Made by a program: the position numbers and the translations under genes. Of a stretch of 64,000 nucleotides of DNA, positions 1 to 7,827 are shown piece after piece. Below the pieces are notes generated by a model that saw only the letters and a program-made list of their open reading frames with translations, was not told the DNA's origin and ran no database searches. The first letter of the stretch is position 1. Each line of letters starts with the position of its first letter. Source of the DNA: Candidatus Omnitrophota bacterium (GTDB lineage: Bacteria > Omnitrophota > Gorgyraeia > Gygaellales > Profunditerraquicolaceae); NCBI GenBank assembly GCA_026416665.1, contig JAOAET010000015.1:4433-68432 (forward strand), read 5' to 3'.

Positions 1-1037
1 AACCACTTATCCACACCGGGAGCATATGCCTCTAAATCATAGCATTTGCTGGCAGCAAAACTAATATCTTGACTAGATAAAAGCACTACCCGATACGGCA
101 ATCCCAGTGCTTGTAAAATTGCCTCAGCGTTGGCTACTAACTTTTCATGTTCCTCATAGGATGACTCTGGTTTGACGAATTTAACCAACTCAACTTTGTC
201 AAACTGATGCACACGAAGCATACCGCGGGTGTCTTTACCGTAAGAACCTGCCTCACGACGAAAACAAGCAGTGTAAGCAGTTAAATATATAGGTAACTGC
301 TCCTCTTCTAGAATTTCATCAGCATAAATGTTTGTTACTGGCACCTCAGCAGTGGGGATTAAAAATAAATCATCATCTTTTAGCCGATACATATCTTCTT
401 CCATCTTGGGAAGCTGACCTGTACCAGTCATTGTCTTACGATTTACCAGATAAGGCGGAAAAACCTCAGTATAACCGTGGTGTTTGGTATGAAAATCCAG
501 CATAAAATTAAAAAGTGCTCGTTCAAGTTTTGCACCCCAACCTTTAAAAAGTAAAAAATTTGCTCCACTTATTTTTGCAGCGCGCGTAAAATCTACAATA
601 TCTAAATGTTCGGCAATCTCAATATGGTTGCGAGGTGGAAAATCAAACTGCCGTAAACTACCCCAACTACGCACAATCTGTGCTTTGTCTGGGGTCCCAC
701 GAGGAACAGAAGAATGCACCAGGTTTGGAACATATAACAGAGCAGTATTTAGTTTTTCCTCAATAGTCCTTAGTTGACCATCTAACTGGTCGCAACGTGC
801 AGAGATTTCTTTCATTGAAGTAATTTTATCCTTTGGGTCTTTCTTTTCTTTTAACAAACGGGATATTTCGTCATTTGCCTTGTTTTTTTCTGCACGCAAT
901 TGCTCCACTTCTCTTAACAACTTTCTTTTTTCATTATCTAAAGCAATTATCTCATCAATATTCAACTTAGAATTACGGTCAAGTAAAGATTGTTTTACTA
1001 AATCTGCATTCTCACGAATAAACCTTATATCTAACAT
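1..1037 (-). CDS. serS: Seryl-tRNA synthetase (3' end runs off the window; absent from the ORF track)
   Basis: Manual translation from ATG at 1037 gives MLDIRFIRENA..., LIPTAEVPVTN, YTACFRREAGSYGKDTRGMLRVHQFDKVELV and SKCYDLE (class II SerRS motifs). AAGGAG RBS upstream. Confidence 0.97.
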   Translation of the reverse strand, partial: MLDIRFIRENADLVKQSLLDRNSKLNIDEIIALDNEKRKLLREVEQLRAEKNKANDEISRLLKEKKDPKDKITSMKEISARCDQLDGQLRTIEEKLNTALLYVPNLVHSSVPRGTPDKAQIVRSWGSLRQFDFPPRNHIEIAEHLDIVDFTRAAKISGANFLLFKGWGAKLERALFNFMLDFHTKHHGYTEVFPPYLVNRKTMTGTGQLPKMEEDMYRLKDDDLFLIPTAEVPVTNIYADEILEEEQLPIYLTAYTACFRREAGSYGKDTRGMLRVHQFDKVELVKFVKPESSYEEHEKLVANAEAILQALGLPYRVVLLSSQDISFAASKCYDLEAYAPGVDKW

Positions 1038-1051
1038 CTTTTTGCTCCTTC

Positions 1052-2512
1052 TTAACCTTTGATAACTCCTAAAGGCCGCATACGGCATACGCGCTTAGAG
1101 ATACCCGCATTATGCACGACATCAACTACATCATTTACATCTTTATACGCTTGAGGCGCCTCTTCTACAATTGTGCCGCGACCTGAGGCAAAAACCGCAA
1201 TCCCTTTTGATTCTAAATCCTTAATAAGTTTAGAGGCATCTAAAGAGCGTAGCGCCGCTGAACGAGACTTTACCCTGCCTGCACCATGACAGGTAGAACC
1301 AAAGGTTTCTTCTTCGGCTTGTTTTGTCCCTACTAACAAATAGGAATTTCTTCCCATATCTCCAGGAATAATCACCGGTTGGCCCGTTTGTTGATAACGT
1401 TGAGGTAACGCAGGATGTCCAGGTCCAAAGGCACGCGTGGCACCTTTACGATGAACACAGAGTTTCTTTTTTTTGCCATCAATGGTATATTCCTCTATCT
1501 TTGCAATATTGTGAGCAACATCATAAATCATTTCCATTCCTAATTTCTGCCAAGAAGTGCCGAAGAATTTTTCAAAACACCGACGGGTAAGATACATCAA
1601 ACACTGTCGGTTTGCCCAAGCAAAGTTTGCAGCACAACGCATTGCGGATAAATACGCCTGGCCTTCAGAAGATTTCACTGGTGCACAAGCAAGTTCTCTA
1701 TCTGGAACGTGAATATTATACTTACGCAAACACGCACCCATCTGCTGGACGTATTCGGTGCATATCTCATGGCCCAAACCACGTGAACCAGAGTGAATCA
1801 TAATACAAATCTGTCCTATTTCCAACCCAAAGACATCACAGAGTTTGGCATCATACAATTGGTCAATCACCTGTATCTCTAAGAAGTGATTGCCTGACCC
1901 AAGTGTGCCTGATTGCGCCTTACCTCGCTGATAGGCACGCTCTGATACGGTATCAGGGTCAGCACCAGCAATTGCGCCGTTTTCTTCAGTACACTCTAAA
2001 TCATCCTCACAACCATACCCCTTTTCTACTGCCCAACGTGCACCTTTAACTAAAATCTGACGTTCTTCTTGGGCACTGACTTTAATATCACCTTCAGAGC
2101 CAACTCCCGCAGGAATATCGCAAAATAAGCGATTAGTCAGTTCACGAATTTTGTCTTTAATATCTTCTATTTTTAAGGCGGTCTTTACCAAGCGCACACC
2201 ACAGTTAATATCATAACCCACACCCCCGGGTGAGATAACCCCACCTTCTTCAATATCTGTGGCTGCTACACCACCAATGGGGAAACCGTATCCCCAGTGG
2301 ATATCTGGCATCGCTAACGATGCTCTAACAATTCCAGGTAAAAAAGCAACATTAGCCACTTGCTCTGGTGCGCGGTCCTGCAGAATATCTTTTAATAACT
2401 TTTCACTGGCATAAATAATACCAGGCACGCGCATCCCCGGTTTGTAATTAGTGGGTATACGAAAACGAAAATTATCAATCTTTTCTAACTGTCCTGACCA
2501 AGATTCTGCCAT
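1052..2512 (-). CDS. rtcB: RtcB RNA 3'-phosphate/5'-OH ligase, long archease-associated type
   Basis: Motifs MPDIHWGYGFPIGG, GYDINCGVR, LGSGNHFLE, IHSGSRG, HRKGAT and STCHGAGR (guanylylated His). Start moved to MAESW (2512) to avoid overlap with the PilZ gene. Confidence 0.96.
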   Translation of the reverse strand: MAESWSGQLEKIDNFRFRIPTNYKPGMRVPGIIYASEKLLKDILQDRAPEQVANVAFLPGIVRASLAMPDIHWGYGFPIGGVAATDIEEGGVISPGGVGYDINCGVRLVKTALKIEDIKDKIRELTNRLFCDIPAGVGSEGDIKVSAQEERQILVKGARWAVEKGYGCEDDLECTEENGAIAGADPDTVSERAYQRGKAQSGTLGSGNHFLEIQVIDQLYDAKLCDVFGLEIGQICIMIHSGSRGLGHEICTEYVQQMGACLRKYNIHVPDRELACAPVKSSEGQAYLSAMRCAANFAWANRQCLMYLTRRCFEKFFGTSWQKLGMEMIYDVAHNIAKIEEYTIDGKKKKLCVHRKGATRAFGPGHPALPQRYQQTGQPVIIPGDMGRNSYLLVGTKQAEEETFGSTCHGAGRVKSRSAALRSLDASKLIKDLESKGIAVFASGRGTIVEEAPQAYKDVNDVVDVVHNAGISKRVCRMRPLGVIKG

Positions 2513-2517
2513 AGGTT

Positions 2518-2838
2518 TTAGGTGAGAAATTTTATGCCAGTCAAGAAAACATTCTCTCCCTGAACACGTTGCCACATTACCCTGCCCAGTGCCTCAATAT
2601 GCTCAGGTGGATTTCCTGGCAAATCAAATTCAAGACGCAGGATTGTCCCAAGGGCTAACTTCCGATTGCACTCAAGACAGAGCCCACCTTGACTAATGTC
2701 CTTGGTTGTGCCGTGTTCAATAGAAGGGATAACCACAGAATATTGCACTTTTGTTGTTATACCGATGCGTGGGAACTGTCGGCGTTCTATCCCAGAACCA
2801 GAAGACGACAGCGGTGGAACTGGTGGTTGTTCATTCAT
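2518..2838 (-). CDS. Stand-alone PilZ-domain protein (predicted c-di-GMP receptor)
   Basis: RxxxR switch (ERRQFPR), DxSxxG (DISQGG), GRVMW...GIKF C-terminal pattern. AGGAG RBS. Confidence 0.9.
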   Translation of the reverse strand: MNEQPPVPPLSSSGSGIERRQFPRIGITTKVQYSVVIPSIEHGTTKDISQGGLCLECNRKLALGTILRLEFDLPGNPPEHIEALGRVMWQRVQGENVFLTGIKFLT

Positions 2839-2873
2839 CTACCAGACTCCTTTTTTAGGAAAATTTTTTATAC

Positions 2874-3293
2874 CTATACATCAAAAACTATCTGTGTATA
2901 CCAAAATGAATCTTTCTTTTGGATACACAGATTATGATAGGTTGCTGCTTTTATCTCGTGCTTAAGTTCAAAATTTTCTTCTGGTTCTGCCCATACCACG
3001 GCGCTTAAGATTTTTTTATCTAACCTTTTAATCTTAAAATCTGTAAAAATAACTTTCTCCGTTGCTGAAAGATATAATAGCTCATTTAACCAAGCAACTA
3101 AAAGTTCTTCTGGCGTGTCTGCTTTAACACTTAAAGTAACTTTTCTTTTTTTCTGGTTACCTTCTAAAGGTAAACGCTTGGCTTTTAATTCAAATAGTGC
3201 GCGCCCAGCATTAATAAAAAGACCCTTTAGGTCTTTTGCTTGCAGACGCACACAAAGGTCTGCTGTATGGTCAATAACTTCGTAATATTTCAC
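2874..3293 (-). CDS. Archease (RtcB activator)
   Basis: YEVIDHTADL, LLVAWLNELLY, IKAATYH and C-terminal IVFDV. Start placed at GTG 3293 because the longer ORF runs into tRNA-Lys. Confidence 0.93.
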   Translation of the reverse strand: MKYYEVIDHTADLCVRLQAKDLKGLFINAGRALFELKAKRLPLEGNQKKRKVTLSVKADTPEELLVAWLNELLYLSATEKVIFTDFKIKRLDKKILSAVVWAEPEENFELKHEIKAATYHNLCIQKKDSFWYTQIVFDV

Positions 3294-3299
3294 TAAAAA

Positions 3300-3375
3300 T
3301 GGTGAGCCGCCTTGGAATCGAACCAAGAACCTTGACCTTAAGAGGGTCCTGCTCTACCAATTGAGCTAGCGGCCC
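3300..3375 (-). tRNA. tRNA-Lys (anticodon CUU), CCA encoded
   Basis: GGGCCGCTAGCTCAATTGGTAGAGC...loop CTCTTAA...GGTTCGATTCC...GCGGCTCACCA folds as a 76-nt cloverleaf. Confidence 0.96.
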
Positions 3376-3438
3376 AAAAATAAATTTATGTTATTTTAGC
3401 GTAAAATCTTTTCTTTGGCAAGATACAACCATCTTCAG

Positions 3439-3512
3439 TGCGCCTGGCAGGAGTCGAACCTGCAACGCCCAGCTCCGAAGGCTGGCGCTCTATCCAGTTG
3501 AGCTACAGGCGC
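3439..3512 (-). tRNA. tRNA-Arg (anticodon UCG), CCA not encoded
   Basis: GCGCCTGTAGCTCAACTGGATAGAGC, anticodon arm CCAGC-CTTCGGA-GCTGG, T arm GCAGGTTCGACTCCTGC. Confidence 0.95.
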
Positions 3513-3628
3513 AGAAAGGTAATTTTTTACATTCTTGTAATTTGCTTTGTTTCTTACTTCTGACTGTTTTTAAGAATCTAAATAAAAGGATATTTCGGTA
3601 TTTTTTTACCTCTGCCACTTGCAAAACC

Positions 3629-4348
3629 CTAAATAATTTCTGCTTTTGAACCAAGTATTTGTTTTATTTGAAGCAGCTTCTGGTTACTTAAAGGTTTGCA
3701 GTTACATCCTACAGGACAACGCACAGGCGAATTAAGCTGAATTTTATCAGGATTAATCTCGGTAATTACTTTGGCAAGTTTGGAAATGTGTTTGGGTGCA
3801 TCATTTATCCCTTCAACAAGCATTACTTCAAGCCAAATCTTACCTGAATACTCTTTGCGTAACTGTATTAAGCCATTGATAACCTCTTCTATTTTAATAG
3901 AAGGATACGGCTGGTCAATCCTTTCAAAAATATCTTGTTCTACTGCATCAAGAGAAGGCACGATAAGGTCTACCTTAATAATCTCTTTTCTGACTTCTGC
4001 CTTAGACAGAAGAGAAGCATTGGTAATCAAGGCAATAGGTACAGAAGACAACTTTTTAATCTCTTCTATCAATTTACCAATGGCTGAGTTCAGCGTAGGC
4101 TCCCCTGTGCCTGAAAAAGTAATATAAGAAAGTTTCTTTGCCTGTTGTGGATTCTCCTTTAACCAATTGTGTAATTGTTCTAACACTTCTTTGGCTAAAA
4201 CATACTCTTTTTGCTGAATCGTCTTAAAAGTGGTTTTTCCTGCCTGGCAGTAAATGCAATCAAAACTACAGACTTTTGGGGGAGTCAGACTTATTCCTAA
4301 AGAGAGCCCTAACCTTCTTGACTGAATTGGACCGTAAATATAGCTCAT
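3629..4348 (-). CDS. Radical SAM protein (COG0731-like, function unknown)
   Basis: YGPIQSRRLGLSLG, CxxxCxxC (CSFDCIYC), FSGTGEPTL, LITNASL. Start at MSYIYG preferred. Confidence 0.85.
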   Translation of the reverse strand: MSYIYGPIQSRRLGLSLGISLTPPKVCSFDCIYCQAGKTTFKTIQQKEYVLAKEVLEQLHNWLKENPQQAKKLSYITFSGTGEPTLNSAIGKLIEEIKKLSSVPIALITNASLLSKAEVRKEIIKVDLIVPSLDAVEQDIFERIDQPYPSIKIEEVINGLIQLRKEYSGKIWLEVMLVEGINDAPKHISKLAKVITEINPDKIQLNSPVRCPVGCNCKPLSNQKLLQIKQILGSKAEII

Positions 4349-4352
4349 AATG

Positions 4353-4406
4353 AAAACCCCCACTTTCCTTTTAGAAGAAATTGGTTATAGAAAAATGGGG
4401 GATTTT
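4353..4406 (-). promoter_or_regulatory. Long hairpin covering the RBS region of the radical SAM gene (translational lock or terminator)
   Basis: Minus-strand RNA AAAAUCCCCCAUUUUUCU pairs with AGGAAAGUGGGGGUUUU (17 bp with 2 G-U pairs and one bulge) and ends 4 nt before the AUG. Confidence 0.55.
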
Positions 4407-4442
4407 AAAATAGTATTTTAACAAAAAAAATTTAATAAAAAA

Positions 4443-4727
4443 CTATTTTACCTCAATAACTGAATTCTGAGTTCCAAAGGCATTAGCCACTGTTGGCGCA
4501 TTAGGGTCGTTAAGCCAGCAGCCATCTACAAAAAATTTATACTCATATCTGCCGGGTTTTAAACTGGCCTTAACTGACCAGTTACCTTTGGTATCTTTTT
4601 TGGCAATAAGTTTTGCCACGTCCCAGTTATTAAAACTTCCTGCAACAGCGACCTTTTTTGCCTGAGGTGCAAATAACCTAAAAACCACAGATTTTGACCG
4701 TGAACAGCAACTTGTTTTTGTCGGCAT
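4443..4727 (-). CDS. Stand-alone CBM48 / AMPK-beta-like glycogen-binding protein
   Basis: AKKVAVAGSFNNW, W...LKPGRYEYKFFVDGCWLNDP, GTQNSVIEV. AAGGAGG RBS. Confidence 0.88.
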   Translation of the reverse strand: MPTKTSCCSRSKSVVFRLFAPQAKKVAVAGSFNNWDVAKLIAKKDTKGNWSVKASLKPGRYEYKFFVDGCWLNDPNAPTVANAFGTQNSVIEVK

Positions 4728-4753
4728 CTGACCCTCCTTTGTGTAAATATTTA

Positions 4754-4781
4754 TTTATACACTGATTTAGGATACTGTCAA
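4754..4781 (-). promoter_or_regulatory. Sigma70-type promoter for the CBM48 gene
   Basis: TTGACA-16 nt-TATAAA on the minus strand. Confidence 0.6.
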
Positions 4782-4794
4782 GTATTTTTAAACA

Positions 4795-5598
4795 TTAAAC
4801 CGCTACTAACCAAATCCCCAAGCGATTACATAAATAAATACATTGACTAAGGTCCAGAATCAGTGTCTTTTCTGCCTCAATTGCAAGTCCAGACGCCTTT
4901 GCCTTTTTTAAAGTAAGAATTGTCTTTAAACCAATAACCGGGATATCAAAACGCATATCCTGATGTGGACGTGCTACTTTTACGATAATTACTCCTTTTC
5001 GGGTAATCTTTCCTGCACGTAAAATCAGATTATCTGTTCCTTCTAATGCCTCTACTGCAACAATTGCTTTATCTTTTACACCTACACTAAGCCCTATATC
5101 CAAAGTAGCAATTTTCTTAGCTACCTCAAAACCAAAGTTTATATCCTGCCATAACTTTTCATCGGGTTGATTCTTAGTAAGAACACCTTTACTCGGTAAA
5201 TAATCTTCAAGAAAACTTGTTGAAGGTAAAACAGTCAGGTTCTTACTTTCCAGAAAATTAACAATTGCCTGAAAAATTGAGTTTGCTCTCCAGTCTTTAA
5301 GATTACTTAAGAATTGCCGAAGCTGTGGATTAGTTTGCACTTCTTTACTAAAAAGACGCCAAGGACTAATCTGACCGGCAAGAATTACTTCTTTTACACT
5401 ATAAGAAACAAAAAAATCAACCATACGCTGAAAATCACCTAAATCAAACCATAAGAGGCGATCAGCAAATTTTTTAATGCTAGGTGATGTCTCTTTCTTT
5501 ATTGCTGCTACAAAAACCTGTGCCTTTTTCTTTTTTGCCTCTTCACAAAGAACAATTGGAAATCTGCGATTACCGGCAATCACACCAATTTTTTTCAT
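4795..5598 (-). CDS. lpxI: UDP-2,3-diacylglucosamine hydrolase LpxI
   Basis: IGVIAGN, VAVEALEGTD, QDMRFDIPVIG. Follows lpxA. Confidence 0.92.
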   Translation of the reverse strand: MKKIGVIAGNRRFPIVLCEEAKKKKAQVFVAAIKKETSPSIKKFADRLLWFDLGDFQRMVDFFVSYSVKEVILAGQISPWRLFSKEVQTNPQLRQFLSNLKDWRANSIFQAIVNFLESKNLTVLPSTSFLEDYLPSKGVLTKNQPDEKLWQDINFGFEVAKKIATLDIGLSVGVKDKAIVAVEALEGTDNLILRAGKITRKGVIIVKVARPHQDMRFDIPVIGLKTILTLKKAKASGLAIEAEKTLILDLSQCIYLCNRLGIWLVAV

Positions 5599-5656
5599 AG
5601 AAGATTTTGTTTAGAAAATATCTGACTGCTATTTACTTGCGCGGCCTTGGTAGTGG

Positions 5657-6460
5657 CTATTCTTCACCTTGTGCACGAATATTACGCGCTCTTATTACCC
5701 CGCGTGAAGAGTTTTTTATAAAAGAAACTAAATAATTCACTTCCTGACAGGTAAACTTCTCTTCCATAATCTGCTTAATGGCATTCTTCATTGAAAGTCC
5801 TGACTGAAACAAAATCTTAAAGGCCTTATCCAATTCTTTAATGGTGGTTTTGGAGAAGTTGTTTCTTTTCAGCCCCACAAGATTTAATCCATAAACACGT
5901 GCAGGGTGGCCATCAGCCATAGCAAAAGGTGGGATATCCTGAACAACTTTAGAACAACCGCCAATAATTGCAAACTGTCCCACACGAACAAATTGATGCA
6001 CAGCAGTCAACGCACTGATTAGACAATGGTCTTCTACTTGTACATGTCCGCCTAAGGTGGCGTTATTAACTAGTATATTGTAATTTCCAATCTTACAATC
6101 ATGTGCGACATGCACATATGCCATAAGTAAGTTATTATTACCAATGATTGTCTTACCAGCCTCACCTGTGCCTGGATTGATTGTACAGAATTCACGAATA
6201 ATATTATTATCACCAATTATAAGATAACTTTTCTCTCCTTTATATTTTAAATCCTGAGGTATACTACCAACAACTGCGGAACTAAATATACGGCAGTTCT
6301 TACCAATTTTAGTGTGACCAGTAATTACCGCATGCGGCCCAATAACTGTGCCTGCACCAATCTGAACATTCTCTTCAATAACTGCAAATGGGCCAACTTG
6401 GACCGAATCGTCAAGTTGTGCCTTAGGGTGAACTAAAGCATGTTTATGTATAGGACTCAT
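5657..6460 (-). CDS. lpxA: UDP-N-acetylglucosamine O-acyltransferase
   Basis: Hexapeptide repeats, PQDLKYKGE, HVAHDC, VHQF, GLNLVGLKR. Confidence 0.97.
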   Translation of the reverse strand: MSPIHKHALVHPKAQLDDSVQVGPFAVIEENVQIGAGTVIGPHAVITGHTKIGKNCRIFSSAVVGSIPQDLKYKGEKSYLIIGDNNIIREFCTINPGTGEAGKTIIGNNNLLMAYVHVAHDCKIGNYNILVNNATLGGHVQVEDHCLISALTAVHQFVRVGQFAIIGGCSKVVQDIPPFAMADGHPARVYGLNLVGLKRNNFSKTTIKELDKAFKILFQSGLSMKNAIKQIMEEKFTCQEVNYLVSFIKNSSRGVIRARNIRAQGEE

Positions 6461-6485
6461 AAGTATCCTTTTTTAAAATTCAGTT

Positions 6486-7796
6486 TTAATCTGCAACAGC
6501 AAACATAAGTTCTGCCTCTGCAACTACATTACCTGCAACCTTGGCAACACCGTGAACTGTTCCAGTGCGCGACTTTATCTTGCCAGCAATAACCTCAAAT
6601 ACGAGTTCATCACCGGGGAGAACAGGTCTGCGGAATTTGGCATTATTAATCATCATAAAAAACGCTAATTTCCCGCGATTTTCTTCTTGCGATAACATCA
6701 TTACTCCACCTACTTGCGCCATTGCTTCCAAAATAAGCACCCCTGGCATTACTGGTCGCTGGGGAAAGTGTCCTCGGAAAAAATACTCATCAGGCCGGAC
6801 GTATTTTACCCCTACTATACGCTTACCCTTTTCCATACTGATTATCTTGTCTACAAACAAGAAGGGGTCACGATGCGGTATAATACGCATAACCTGAGCA
6901 ACATCCATTGAACCATCTTCTCCAATAAACGGCGGTTCTCCAAACTCTACTGCCGGTCGGGCAGGGTGTTGTTTAATTTTTTGGACTAGTTTTAAATTTA
7001 AAGAATGGCCACTACGCAAAGCGATAATATGGGCTTTTAATGGCGAGCCTAAAAGATATAAATCTCCTAATAAATCCATAATCTTGTGGCGCACAAACTC
7101 ATTTTCAAAACGCAGTTTGTTTTTTATAATCCCTTGTTCACCAACCACAAGGGTATTAATGTAATTTGCACCTTTGCCTAATCCCTTAGAACGCAATACC
7201 TCTACCTCTTCAGCTAAACAAAATGTGCGTGCAGAAGCCAATTGTTCTTTGAAAGTCTTTTCTGTTACTACTATCTGCATAAAATCCTTAGCAATATAGG
7301 GATGATTGTAGTCTAAAGTATAAGATATTTTAAGCTCATCAGAAGGTAAAGCAACCAACGATGCACCATTATCTTGAACAAATAATGCCTCAGCTAATGT
7401 GTACCAAAAACGCGGTGCATCCTGCTCAATAATTGTTGCCTCTTCTAATACCTCAACGAATTGTCTACTTGAACCATCTAAACCAGGAACTTCCTCCGCA
7501 TCTATCTGGATAATTAAATTATCTATGCCAAGACCGTTTAAAGCAGCCAGTAGATGCTCTATGGTATAAATCTTAATATCATCTTTTTCTAAACAGCTAT
7601 AGCGTAAACTGCCCTCTTTGGGTTTTAGATTATCTACAGAGACCTTAATAGTAGGACAGCCTGCTAAATCCGTGCGTTCAAAAATAATACCAGAATTAAT
7701 CGGTGCAGGCTTAAAAGATAAATTAACCTTTTCTCCAGAATGAAGACCAACGCCAGAAAGATTAGCTGGCTTTGCTATTGTCCTTTGTTTCTGCAT
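6486..7796 (-). CDS. lpxC-fabZ: Bifunctional LpxC deacetylase / FabZ dehydratase fusion
   Basis: N-terminal QRT..GVGLHSG, TIEHLLAAL, HKIMDLLGDL. C-terminal IPHRDPFLFVD, FFRGHFP, PGVLILEAMAQ. Confidence 0.96.
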   Translation of the reverse strand: MQKQRTIAKPANLSGVGLHSGEKVNLSFKPAPINSGIIFERTDLAGCPTIKVSVDNLKPKEGSLRYSCLEKDDIKIYTIEHLLAALNGLGIDNLIIQIDAEEVPGLDGSSRQFVEVLEEATIIEQDAPRFWYTLAEALFVQDNGASLVALPSDELKISYTLDYNHPYIAKDFMQIVVTEKTFKEQLASARTFCLAEEVEVLRSKGLGKGANYINTLVVGEQGIIKNKLRFENEFVRHKIMDLLGDLYLLGSPLKAHIIALRSGHSLNLKLVQKIKQHPARPAVEFGEPPFIGEDGSMDVAQVMRIIPHRDPFLFVDKIISMEKGKRIVGVKYVRPDEYFFRGHFPQRPVMPGVLILEAMAQVGGVMMLSQEENRGKLAFFMMINNAKFRRPVLPGDELVFEVIAGKIKSRTGTVHGVAKVAGNVVAEAELMFAVAD

Positions 7797-7827
7797 AGTT
7801 TTTACTACTGTCCTTACAATTTTCTGA

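Noticed and set aside
2513-3326. N-terminal extensions of RtcB (to 2575) and archease (to 3326)
   Set aside because: They overlap the PilZ gene and tRNA-Lys respectively. The family-like sequence starts at the downstream codons.
1-3512. Integrative element at tRNA-Lys or tRNA-Arg carrying archease-PilZ-rtcB
   Set aside because: No integrase and no duplicated tRNA 3' end seen in the window, and the block runs straight into the core gene serS.
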